Origin: the human T2T-CHM13v2.0 reference genome, Homo sapiens
Length of the DNA stretch: 64,000 nucleotides
Assembly: GCF_009914755.1 (NCBI RefSeq)
Contig: NC_060934.1
Direction: 5' to 3' (one strand)
The notes beneath the pieces are model-generated. The model did no database searches. It was not told the origin of the DNA and saw only the letters and a program-made list of their open reading frames with translations. The first letter of the stretch is position 1; each line of letters begins with the position of its first letter. Below, piece after piece: positions 15,814-27,583 of this stretch. The translations under genes were made by a program, and so were the position numbers.

Positions 15814-15917
15814 ACAAATGTGTAGAGATGTAAGACTTCGAACATGCTTCTTTATATTTCTGGTGATAAATCTGTAGAGATGTAAGACTTCAAACAAGCT
15901 TCTTTATATTTCTGGTG
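15814..15917. repeat. 52-bp tandem duplication (48/52 identical)
   Basis: A(C/T)AAAT(G/C)TGTAGAGATGTAAGACTTC(G/A)AACA(T/A)GCTTCTTTATATTTCTGGTG at 15814-15865 and 15866-15917. Confidence 0.95.
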
Positions 15918-18198
15918 CCAGTTTCCATGACGTATGGTTAAGTCAGAACTTCAGAGTTTCATGACATGTATTAAGCCATTCTCTCATAGAAGTGAGCAAC
16001 TCAGAGAAACAAATAAAAGTGTGCTTGAACAAAAAAGGATATTGAATACATCTTCAACTATTTATTGGTTAATATATTTATGACACATCTTCTAAACAGA
16101 CTCACACTGTAAGGCCGAGTCATCTCTTGTGTGAGTTTCCATATGAAAGGTCAGATGACTAAGATGAAAAAGTTCCAAGAAATAGCTTATTATCCTTTAA
16201 TCCTGAGCTTAATTTCCCAAATAAAATTCATTTTATGCTACAGGTTTGAAATATCAAAAGCTTTTCTTTCGTTTATATTATATATTATCATAATAACTCA
16301 ATATAGGATGGAAATTAGAATAAAAACCAGCTTTTTATTTCTTAGGAATACATTGATACTCACTGAAATGAATTTCTTTGTCTGCAAGTTTATTTTATTT
16401 TAAAGAAAATATATTATCTTATAACTGAAAAGAATATTGACAATTCTCATGACTTTTTAAAAAGCACTTATTTTTAAAATTACTTTTCTTTTGAAAACAG
16501 AGCCATTATGAAATAGTAATACACAAGTTATATGAGCATATAATGAGTGTACTGCTAATTAAGATTTCATTTTTGATCGGTAGAATGTTTAACTTTTTTA
16601 TTTTGCTTTTTATTTTTGGTGAATAAATTGTTAAAATGAAGCTAAAAAGTCAAATTCACATTTTGCTTTAGTGATACATCTTAATAGGTAACTACTGAAT
16701 TTTCTTAAGATGCAATTTTTGATATTCCTTACTTGGATATTTCTTGTAGTTAATTTATTTTCTTACTGCTTCATCTTTTATACATTTTTATTTCCATGTA
16801 AGACCTTTTATATTCATGCTAAAGGGGTAATACAATTCTAATGTGATATCAAGTAATAATATCAGCATTAATTACTGTCAGCAGGGTGTTGATTTTTTTC
16901 CTCAATGTGATTGGATGAAGAAACACTTAGAAGAGGTAGAAATGTAAATTCCTATTTGAAATTTAATATGGTTTTCAAGGGAATTAAATTATTCAGGTGC
17001 CTTCTATATTGGGTGAGATATATATATGTATGTGTTGATATATATGTGTCTATACGTATGTTGTGTGTATGTGTGTGTATGATGAAAGATAGAGACAGAG
17101 AGAATGAATATTCACTTTAAGCCTTAACTTACAGTTTAAGAGCTATTGATTTCTTCTAGTGCAGCTCTGATAAAGATTACAACTGGTAATCAATGAAATG
17201 GTAACCTATGGAATGCAGTCCATTATTCATCTCACATACCTAAGCGTTGGACACTTACGATGTTGATTTTAGCTTCCATAAGTTTGTTTTTCCAAGAAAA
17301 TGGACTGAGTGCCAATGCTATCTCAAATGACTCTAACAAGAACTCTTTCTGGTAGCACTATTTCAGGAGATGAAGATGTCTCAATCTGTGCATACGCACG
17401 TGTGTATGTGTGTGTGTGTTTTCAAATTCAAATCTTAAACAATAAAATTGGCTCTCCAAAGTAAGTGAACATTTTTTGTTGGTCAGAATAGAGCTGGCAG
17501 AGTTTAACTGGCTGAATAAAAAAAGAGGTGGTTGCTGACTTGGATGTCACTTTCCATCTGGCTACTCCATAAAACATCAAGTTCACATTGTTTGTGAACA
17601 TAGGACTGGGCCGGGAGTCCAGAGAGGTGACAGGATGACCATCATTGCCTGAGGCCAGCTTTAATCTTCCTAAATTACAACTGTGACCAACTGGTTCTCT
17701 CTCTATAACTTTTTCAGTGGAGCACAGTTCCTGTTGCATTATTTACAGCCTCATTAGTTGGACATTCAAGGCCCTCCTGTAGCCAAAAACAGTGAGGTTT
17801 TTCAGCCTGGATTCTTCTCTCTTCCTGCAAACCAAACAATTCCATGTACCCATGCCTTCCCTGTGCTTTTTCACAGCACATTCCCTCTCTGCCTGCCCCT
17901 CTCCTCCGTCACTGTCAATGTTCAAATTCTTCTCTGCTTTTTGGACCCAACTAAAAGCTGCCTTTCCATGTATACTTACCTCATTACACTGAGAAGTCAC
18001 GTCTTTCCTCCTCTGGAGCTTCATCTCTGCCATGTGTTTTATTGTCTGCTTTGGTTTATTGTAATTTGACCTTAAGCTTATTTCTACTTCTAGACTATAA
18101 GCTGTTTAGAACTAGGGTTATTTCTTAAATATCTTTGTATGCTTCTTTGGCACAAAACTTACTGCTTTGTAGATAGGCACTTTATAGAACAGTGAGTA

Positions 18199-18366
18199 CA
18201 GAGCCAGTACATAATTTTCAGCACTCATTGAAGAATGAAAATGCAGGACCTCTTTCAAAAATTGATAAAAAATTAAAGACCTTGACAGCACAGCATTAAA
18301 TCAAATGTAGGAACCTTGTAAGTGCAGGTCCTATTCTTCGGTACAAGTCACACATCCATGAAGCCA
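18199..18366. mobile_element. MER91A-like hAT-Tip100 MITE, terminus interrupted by the LTR
   Basis: CAGAGCCAGTACATAATTT...AATGAAAATGCAGGACC...CAGCACAGCATTAAATCAA...CCATGAAGCC follows the recalled MER91A consensus. Confidence 0.65.
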
Positions 18367-18981
18367 TGTGGGGGTGGAAAGGGTACCATCCCTTTCCTCT
18401 CCATTGTAAGGGTCATGGATGACACACTTATATAAAAAGACGGGTTAACAAGAGAAAAGCATTACAGATTTATTTAATTAAAGATTAAGATGACACAGGA
18501 GCCTTTCTGAATGAAGTCCTGACAATACAGGGGAAAACTGCATTTTTATGCTTAGGTTTAATGAGAATGAGCAGTGATAGAATTGTGCTTGAATGAAAAG
18601 AGAGTGCTCTAATGATAGTGGCCTAAGTGAGGAAAACCAGCAAGGCTTGTCTGTTGAGATTCTTCTTGGCCTCTCTGTTGTAGCATTTCTTCCTTCCAGG
18701 TATGAGGTAGGACTCCTTTGGAATGAGAATCTTAATTTCTGCATGACAGCTGTCAAACAGAAAAGCAGGGGAAGGTTAAAATAATATTTTTAGGCTTTAT
18801 GGATGGCTTTCGGGGGGAAAAAGGAGTCTGTCTCTATGACTTGCTTTGGGGAAAAGGAATTCTAGTTTCTATGGCTTGCCTCAGGGGAGAATGAGAAGCC
18901 AGAGACAGGAGGCAGGAGAAGGTCAGAAAGAAAGGTGTTCTGAGGCCTTCCCTTCAGGGTGTGTTTTTCTGAGCTCCGAAA
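18367..18981 (-). mobile_element. MER39/MER39B-like ERV1 solo LTR
   Basis: The minus strand begins TTTCGGAGCTCAGAAAAACACACCC-TGAAGG..GGCCTCAGAA..CTGACCTTCTCCTGCCTCCTGTCTCT; 4-bp TSD GCCA. Confidence 0.75.
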
Positions 18982-19240
18982 GCCAGAAGAGTGAATAATA
19001 TTAATTCCTTCTTCACATCCCCAGGTTAGCTATACTTGGTACCATTTATTTTTCAAGGCTATTAAGAGATGGCATAATAGCCTCAATGATAGATACTATC
19101 AAAAACTCAGAAGACAAAATTAATTGCTTTCCTGTAACTTCAGAATTACTTTTATCTCCCTGTTTGTTGTTGCTTTTTAAAAAATTGCCTGTCTTTCTTT
19201 TACATCATATAAAACTTTAAAGTTTTTTTGTATAGTCAAG

Positions 19241-19319
19241 CACTTTTTTCTTTATGACTTACAAAAAGTGACTTATCACTTTTTTCTTTATGACTTTATC
19301 ACTTTTTTCTTTATGACTT
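19241..19319. repeat. Three copies of CACTTTTTTCTTTATGACTT with an inverted snippet
   Basis: Copies at 19241-19260, 19277-19296 and 19300-19319; the spacer contains AAAAAGTGA, the reverse complement of TCACTTTTT. Confidence 0.93.
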
Positions 19320-19320
19320 C

Positions 19321-19628
19321 GGCTGGGTATAGTGGCTCAGGCCTGTAATCTCAGCACTTTGAGATGCCAAAGTGGGCGGATTGTTTGAGCTCAGGAGTTT
19401 GAAACCAGCTTGGTCAACATGTGCAACCCTGTCTCTGCAAAAAATAGAAAAATAGAAAAATTACCAGGTGCAGTGGCATGTGCCTGTGGTACCAGCTACT
19501 CAGGAGGCTGACGGGGGAGGATCACTTGGGCCTGGTAGGTTGAGGCTGCAGTGACCTGAAATCCTGCCACTGCCCTCCAGTCTGGGCAACAGAGAGAGAC
19601 CCTGTCTCAAAAAACAAAAACAGAAACA
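19321..19628 (+). mobile_element. Alu (AluJ-type)
   Basis: Divergent dimeric Alu with J-type features (GGATTGTTTGAGCTCAGG, GGAGGATCACTTGGGCC, GAGGCTGCAGTG); no clear TSD. Confidence 0.92.
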
Positions 19629-22600
19629 CCACTGCATATATAGGAAGGCTTACTTAATATTATAAAAATATTGACTTTAAGTGCTTTAAAGCAGTCTGTG
19701 AAGAGGGGGATGTTTTTCTCTATGTGTTTGCTAAATAAAACTTGCATCTACATTTTTCTGTTATAGATATCTTATACTTTATACTTTGTAAATGAGTTAA
19801 AGGGGTAAAGCAATGGCAATGCTATTAAAAAAATGAAAACTCTAGCAAAGGATCATGCAAATTATCAGAGTTCTTTTCGGTAGGGGTCTCTGTTGTACAT
19901 CCCAATGCCTTCCCAACCGAGGAATTTCAGGAGCTGCCACAGGCTAAAAAATGAGTGGCTCTCTATAATTTCTTATCTTATGGTGCCACTGTTTCTTCTC
20001 ATTTTTCTGAATAAACACGTAAGTTTGGAGGAGGAGAAAAGTGGACACACCAGGCATATAAATGCACTGCTAACAGGCAAGAGTTTTTCTTTATTGTCAA
20101 AGTTGGGTTTTATTTTTATTCCATTGTATTTACCCATTTTGTAACTCCCAGTCATGTGGTTTGGCCCCCTCTTTGCTATTAGATGCCACATCAAACTGTG
20201 ATTCTGTCTCTTTAATCCTATTTAGTCATTTCTCTTTTGTGCCTGTATTTCAGATTCCCTGATGTAAACACAGATGTTTCTATCCAGATCATAGAAAAAA
20301 AAAAAGGTATTCAAAGGGCAGTGCTACTAAGCATGGCATAATTGCTATAAGTCAAACGATGATTTTGCCAGTTGCCAGCATTTTCTGTCATCTTTGGCTA
20401 CTAAAAAATACTGTTGTTTTTAAGACAGATTCTGAAAAATGAGCCAAATAACTGCCAGAGTTAATTTGTGTTACTTTCTTCTGAGCATATTCTCTGTTAC
20501 TGCTATTAAAACTGGTATCTATACCCAGAGGAGCATTAGTATGTAGCTGTGTGACCATTGGGGTTTACTTGTAGAAACTAGGTTTTCTTTTGTTCCCAAA
20601 TTATGAAGCTGATGAGGACAATGATAGTGGTGGACCCTGATTTATATTACTTGTTTCACTGACAAATCAGAGAGATGGCAGGGGCTTTTTGGAATTTAAG
20701 CTACACAGTAGATCCTGTTCACCCTCAGAAAATATTTTCTTTATCCACTTGGTAAGACAGATATGCTCACGTCATCCCTCTTGCATTAAACCTTTCCATA
20801 TCTTCCCATCACTCCTAGGAGAAAGCCTACCTAGTTCTTACCATTGTCTTCCAAGCACTGCCTGCCCCGACACTCTTCCAGACTCATCTCACTCTCCATC
20901 TTCTCCTTCTTTATTCTCTCATCCTCCCTTGTCCCAGTCACAGGTACTGTTTCATCTCCTTAGATGCTCCACAGCCCCTCTTAATAAAGATTATCTCAAG
21001 AGACTCCCCTCCCTTTGAATGGATGCATTACCAGAGTGATCTAAGATGTGACAACACATCAAGTATGCCTGCCATAGTGGAAAATAGAACCTGATATCTC
21101 TCAAAACTCTTATAAATGTCTGATTTCCCTTCCTTGAGTTGAATGGGGGCAATAATAGTATTCACCACTGAGCTTTACATTATATTTTCAATACAAATAA
21201 TTGTAAAGTTCACAGACTTTGAAGATTTTTGGTGATAATTTGATTCCCACCTGACTTTCCAACTGTTAAAGAACTTGAAGATGTTGTTCAATTTTAAAAG
21301 TACTGATCATATGGTTTGGCCCCTTTTAACCAGAAGGGCAAATCTTTGCCAGGAAGCCCTCATTACTGGGAGGTGATTTGTAACCAAAATCCAAAACTGA
21401 TGTCCCTCTATGGGGGCCTTGTAGCATCTGTATACAAAGGATCAAGATGATGGGTGAGCCCTTGGCAAGTCATAGAGCTGCTTTGATGATCCCTCCTTAT
21501 TCCATAATTTCCATTCTAAAAATCCTGCCAGATTTTAGTGCTGTGTAAAGCTTCCTTATTCTTTATCTCCATTACTAGGTAGTGAGCCCCAAGTCCACAT
21601 GTGCTTTTCCCTTATTCTCTAAAACAATAATGCTTGTATATATATCCAACATATTGTTAAATAAATGTGCTACCTATTTATATATATGTATTATGAATGT
21701 AAGTGATTTTCCCTTAAAAAAATATGACTTTGTTATTGAAACTTTATACTTTCATTTGATATCAGAATGGCCTTGACTAGGAAGTCAATTTTATGTTGAG
21801 ATCACCCCTTGACTTCTGCCTATGGGCCATACTTCAACCAAACTTTTCTGAAACTTCTGTTTAATTGCTTTACATTTTTATCATTTTGTGGTTTCTGCCT
21901 CACCTGTCACTGGATGGGATCTACATAATGATGCATCATCACCTCTGTGGTCTGATAAATCAACAAGGATTAAATGATTTTAGATTTAGAAAAATCTAAG
22001 ATGTGATGTCATTTAATTTCTCTGCACATTTTATAGCTGAAGCAACTAAGTCTCAAAGAGATCAAAATAAGCTCATACCCAGTAAAAAACAGAGCTTAGA
22101 CTAAAACTCAGGTTTCTGAATCTCTAGCCTGAGTATTACACCTTACCTGGACTCCAGTTCATAGTTTGTTTTCTGATGGCAGCTCCCTACTACAGTAAAC
22201 TAAAGTGAGGGTAGTTTAGTAATATTTTCATTGTTCCTTTCCACAAAGGCAACTTATTTAGATTATTAATTCAATATTATATAAACTTTTGTCTATATTC
22301 TAACTATATACCTTTATTTTCAATCTTTTAGAAATAAAATTTCTAAAGCCCTTACAAGCTTTTCCTTCTTTGATCCAATTTAAAAATCTGGTTTCATTTT
22401 TTTAATAACTCAATCCAACAGGCACTTTATTTTGATATTTTAATTGTATTTTATCATATTTCTAAAAGTGTAGTCGGGAGAGAATTAGAGTTTGTTGAGT
22501 AGAATATAAAGTTGTGAGGAGTGTGAAAGTTTCTTCATTCTACTGATGAGAGAACTGGGCCTAGATCAGTGAGGAGAGCTGCCTCACATCACCCAGAAAA

Positions 22601-22839
22601 TTGCTAATAAAATGATCCCTGTGCCTGGGCAAGTCTGAAATTTTACTATCCCAGAATATCATCTTTGTTTTGTTCAAAATCTTCAAGGTAAAATTCCCCA
22701 CAATCTTGACTAAACATATGTCCTAGTGTTTTTGCCTTTCCTATAGGATATTCTGTGAAGATCTTGCCTAAGTTGTCATATCCTCTAAGGAAAGAGAAAG
22801 TAACTGCACAGAGATGCCCTTGTAATATCCATTTTTAGT

Positions 22840-22935
22840 GATAGATTTGGAATGGGGCCAGAAAATGTGCATTTTTTAAGTTCTCACCTGATGCTCATGC
22901 AGCTAGTCTGGGGATCATTCTTGGAGAACCACTTA
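22840..22935. mobile_element. MER5A fragment
   Basis: GGAATGGGGCCAGAAAATGTGCATTTTTTAAGTTCTC..CTGATGCTCATGCAGCT..GAGAACCACT. Confidence 0.65.
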
Positions 22936-23125
22936 TCTAGGACATAAGATGAAAGTACAAAATATATTTCAAATATTTTGAGTATTTGTATGACTTATTA
23001 ATATGAAGAGTGCCTGGGTTTAAATCCTGGTTTCACCATTTATAGGTATATGATAGGTTGGTGCAAGAGTAATTGCAGTTTTGACTGTGAATTTTAAATC
23101 ATTATAACTAGGCTCAAACACATCT

Positions 23126-24142
23126 TTATTTATCAAAATAGGAACCATTACAATCAACACATTTTTGCCAATGAGAAATAAGCTTGTTTATTCCTGTAGC
23201 ATAAAAATCCATGCTTAGGGATTTGACAAACTCTTGGGAAAGCATTTTCTGCATCCTGCTGGTTGTGGAAGTGTTTTTTCTGCAAAAAGTTGTCGAGATG
23301 CTTAAAGAAGTGGTAGTCAGTTGACAAGAGGTCAGGTGAATACGACAAACGTGGCAAAACTTCTTAGCCCAATTCATTCAACTTTTGAAACACTGGTTGT
23401 GCGATGCGTGGGCAGGCATTGCATGGGGAAGAATCGGGCCCTTTTTGTTGACCAATGCCAGCTGCAGGCATTGCAGTTTTCAGTGCATCTCATCGATTTG
23501 CTAAGTGTACTTCTCAGATACAGTGGTTATGCCAGGATTCAGAAAGCTGCAGTGGATCAGACTGGCAGCAGACCACCAACGAGTGACCATGACTTTTTTT
23601 GGTGCAAGTTTGCTTTGGAAAGTGCTTTGGAGCTTTTTCTTAGTCCAGCCACTGAGCTGGTCATCACTGATTGCTGGATAAAATCCACTTTTCATTTCAT
23701 GTCACGAACCAATTCGAGAAATGCTTCGTTGTTGTTGCACAGAATAAGAGAAGACGACACTTCAAAATGATGATTTTTTTTTCTCTCAGCTCATGAGGTA
23801 CCCATTTATTGATCTTTTTCACCTTTCCAATTTGCTTCAAATGACAAATGACTGTTGAGTTTTTTGGCAAGTTCTTGTGTAGTTGTAAGAGGATCAGCTT
23901 AGATGATTGCTGTCAACTGGTCGTTGTCAACTTCCGATGGCCAGCCACTGTGTTCTCCATCTTCAAGGTTCTCCTCTCCTTTGCAAAACTTCTTGAAACA
24001 CCACTGCACTGTACATTCATTAGCAGTTCCTGGGCCAAATGTGTTGTTGATGTTTCAAGTTGTCTCTGCTGCTTTAGGACCCACTTCAAACTCAAATAAG
24101 AAAAATCTTTTGAATTTGCTTTTTGTCTAACATCATTTCCAT
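23126..24142 (-). pseudogene. HSMAR1 transposase remnant with frameshifts and stops
   Basis: ATG at 24142 (ATGGAAATGATGTTAGACAAA = MEMMLDK); fragments spread over several frames in track ORFs 23126-23377, 23154-23357 and 23501-23695. Confidence 0.92.
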
Positions 24143-24170
24143 AGTCTAAAATAAGCATAAAATAAACAGC

Positions 24171-24257
24171 AAGTAATAAGCCATTAGCACAAAAGCATAA
24201 AGTAATAAGCCATTAGCAAAAAAGCATAAAGTAATAAGTCATTGGCAAAAAAGCATA
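24171..24257. repeat. 29-bp unit x3 in the HSMAR1 5' UTR
   Basis: AAGTAATAAG(C/T)CATT(A/G)GCA(C/A)AAAAGCATA starting at 24171, 24200 and 24229. Confidence 0.93.
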
Positions 24258-25962
24258 AAATGATGTATGACATAACCACATTTATTTAAGAATGCATTCC
24301 AATATCAAATGGCAAATTTCAACAATGCCAAAACTTCAGTTACATTTGCACCAACCTAATATAATCGTAGGCAAGATTCTTTACATTTAGGTGCAATAAA
24401 AAATGTAGTAAACCCTCCCACTATCAAGGACCATAATTAGAAATAAACAAAATAATATGTTAGTAAAAATTTATTGAGTGTGTGCCAAGCAGTGTTCAAA
24501 ATGCTGCAGATGTATTAACTTATTCTCAACAAAAATTCGTAAAGTACTATTATAACATCATTTCCATTTTACAGGTAAGAATACTAAGGCCAAACAGATA
24601 AAGAAAACTACACAGGTATTCAGGGTAGAGCCAGTGTCTATAGAACTGATACTCTTAAACTCCACCCTATACTGCCTCAATAAATTCTGGATACCCAAAT
24701 ATTAGTCCCTGCACATTGCTGTCCTGCTCATTAAATTGGCATTTACTTAGCCTGGAGATTTCAGCCTTAGGTTGATTTTGTTCTTGGAGTACCTGGGTTT
24801 CCTATTCACCATATTTTTCTCTCTCAGTGCCCTCCTCCCAAACCTCAGTAGTATTTTCCCTTCCTCTCACCCCTCTAGAATATGTTCTCAAAAAAATGCT
24901 CAGTAATAGCTTAAGAGCTATCACTTTAAACAAGTGACAATGTCTTAGAATTACATAGGCTCAGTGAAGGGGCTTTCAGTTGTTTGGAAACCCACCACCT
25001 GTACATAAGCAGACACCATGATTTCTAAAACAAATATTAAATGACTTACAACTCAGGATCAGTGTCTTCTGCAGACATTCAGACACTGCATTTCTGGTTC
25101 TTTTTTAACCTCCTGCCTTTGAGTTCCTCAAGCACAGGTTGTAGTCTGTAAGTGGGACCTGTTCTTGCTTAGGCTATGCTCTGTGATCTTTTAAGGAATT
25201 GAACTGTTTGGACACATACAAAGTATCTTTTGTACACTTTAACCTGAACAAATGAAGATGCCACTTTTTGGGCACAAATTCTATAAAATACAACAATATT
25301 GTCTAATCAGTTTGTAGAGATCACAATTCTGGGAAATTAAAATAATGATTTCCCTTTCCCCATATTTTTCTTCTATCATTTACAAAAAGAGATGGGAAAG
25401 AGAAGGTGCATATTAAAACAATTTGGGGGCTGTTAGAACTTAATTTTTTTTTGTTTGTTTCTTAAGACTCAATGACAGACCTATTGAGCTCTTAAGCTTT
25501 GAGCTTTAATAGAGCTTTTCTAGAAGTTTGTGAAACCTGCATTAGAATTAAGCTTGACAAAGCTGGTATAGTTTTAATTTGAAGGGAAATATTGGGAAGA
25601 ATAAATAAAGAGGCACTTTCTCACCCCATTTTCAAGTTGGTTTGCTCACAGACCATTTTGTGGTAGCAGATTCATTCTCATTAAAGATGACACAAGGAGC
25701 AGGTAAATCTAAAAGTGGCCATTAATTTTATGTTGTCATCTAGCATTTGCACAAATGTCTCCATATTGATCCATTTTTTATTAAAAAAAGAAAGACAATG
25801 TAATCTCAGATATTTGCATAATTATAGGCTAATTTTTAAAAAATTATTCATCTGCACATTTCATATTGTTACTTTCACCTCCATACATGTAAGTTTTTTC
25901 TACTTCTTGCAACTAATTAATAAGATAGTTGATTATATTTGTGGTAAAATCTTCCACTTGAG

Positions 25963-26076
25963 TCAGTAATGAATCTCACACAGATAAGTCCTATTTAGTC
26001 CAAGAAAAGACTAAGTCCTCAGCTAAGGGACTTAATAAATTGATTCATTGTGCTGGCCTCTCCCTGAGCCTGGGTT
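25963..26076 (+). repeat. 114-bp unique sequence, copy 1
   Basis: 106/114 identical to 27179-27292, with no gaps. Confidence 0.95.
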
Positions 26077-26716
26077 ACCAGGGATCAGTCTCTTTAAGGA
26101 CTGTAGGCAACTTTTCCTCACTATCTCCATAAGAATACTTTCTCAAAACTCTGGGGTTCCAAAAATCTAAAACAGTGTGACAAAGCAGTTTAATATTCCT
26201 CTAGCCTGTTGTAGCTTTGAACCTTATAAATCTTTCCTGTAGTAAGGCTTATTTTATTTCTGTATCATCCAGATTGAGCCTAATAACAGTTCCATGCTTG
26301 TAAAATGTTTTGTACACAGAGGATTAGTGCATCTGGGAGTGAGTTCTTTTCCATAAGGAAAACCATTCTGTAACAAACAAATTCAGAGAGAATCCATGAG
26401 TTACTGGGAAAAATTAAGAAGGGTGGTCTTCTGGGATCCCAGCAACATAGATTTCTCTGCTTGATATAGAAACCCACTTCCTCATGGTTGGAGAGAAATC
26501 TGATAGAGAATCGGAAGTGGGAATGAAAAAATCCTGCTGAGGTGCAAAATAAATACTAGGGCAATTTAGACAAAGAAAGCGTCTTAGTGTGTACATTTCA
26601 TCTGTCCTGAGAAGAGGCCAATACATCAGTTTGTCAGTTTAAAAAAAGCATGAGAAAGTCAGAATTAGCATCATAGGTCCTTTTTTGTTTGTTTGTTTTT
26701 GGTTTTGGCTTGGAAT

Positions 26717-26759
26717 AAAGTTAATCATAATTTATTTATCAATATGATTTTACCAAGGC
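26717..26759 (+). repeat. 43-bp unique sequence, copy 1
   Basis: 41/43 identical to 27080-27122. Confidence 0.95.
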
Positions 26760-27029
26760 GAACTCTTAACGGACAGCTTAGAATCTGGCTGTTGGGCAGC
26801 ATGGGTGTCTATGAATCTGAGAATCCTGATTTTCTGACTCTTTCTAGGGTGCAGGGAAAGCAGCCCCTGGAAAGGGAAGCCCTTAGAGGCAGCATGAGCA
26901 CAGTGCTTCACAGCACAACTAGGGGCTTTGTTGTGAACACTCCCTTTACCAAACCCAGTGTGAGTGTTTTCAAGGCAGTGAGGGAGAGCAAGGGAAATCC
27001 AAAACTCAAAACAGAATAAGCTGGCACCT

Positions 27030-27340
27030 GCCTCCTTACACACATTATTATCTCACTTAATTTTGACAGCTCCTTTAAGAAAGTTAATCATAATTTATTT
27101 ACCAATATGATTTTACTAAGGCATTTCCATTTTACTGAGGCAGTAACCAGAATCGTGAAAATTAGCGGTTTCCCAGCATCAGTAATGAATCTCACACAGA
27201 TAAGCCCTGTTTAGTCCAAGAAAAGACTAAGTCCTTGGCTAAGAGACTTAATACATTGATTCATTATGCTGGCCTCCCCCTGAGCCTGGGTTTGGATTTA
27301 AAACCAGGTCCAATCCAAAAATCCTCATTCTGTTAATTTA
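27030..27340 (-). mobile_element. MIR remnant carrying two inserted local copies (27080-27122 and 27179-27292)
   Basis: ATTATCTCACTTAATTTTGACAGC...ATTTCCATTTTACTGAGG...TTTCCCAGCA...GGATTTAAAACCAGG follows MIR order once the two copies are removed. Confidence 0.7.
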
Positions 27341-27541
27341 TCAGGCCAATTTCCTATAAATGGGTAATGTCAGAGGAAGAATAATAGAACAAATACTTGT
27401 AAACTTTTTATAGAATAAAAAAAGTAATGTCAATTGGTGAATATGTGCAAAAATCATTACAAATATATTGAAAATATTCCTTGGAAGTGCATTGCTATAA
27501 ACATTTCAATTCATGGAAAAGTTCCTAACATATAATTTTGG

Positions 27542-27543
<2 letters not shown>

Positions 27544-27580
<37 letters not shown>
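27544..27580. repeat. (TG)18 microsatellite
   Basis: Pure TG run read directly. Confidence 0.98.

Positions 27581-27583
<3 letters not shown>

Larger units (their letters stand above)
23053..24359 (-). mobile_element. HSMAR1 mariner transposon, full length, inactive; inserted into a MIR
   Basis: Both TIRs present (ATAGGTTGGTGCAAGAGTAATTGCAG and TTACATTTGCACCAACCTAA) with TA/TG flanks. Transposase remnants include YSPDLLSTDYHFFKHLDNFLQ, KKVMVT..WWSAA.LIH and WQKCVDCNGSYFD. Confidence 0.97.

Noticed and set aside
18680-18705. TTTCTTCCTTCCAG|GTATGA and similar AG|GT sites (near 13556 and 37729) as recursive splice sites
   Set aside because: The donor halves are weak, there are competing AGs nearby, and such motifs are common.
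23126-24142. Functional mariner transposase or a SETMAR-like gene
   Set aside because: Multiple frameshifts, stops and deletions; no SET domain or splice context.
24171-24257. 29-bp repeats, and the 63057-63193 repeats, as CRISPR-like arrays
   Set aside because: They are tandem or TA-spaced with no unique spacers, there are no cas genes, and the context is a primate intron.
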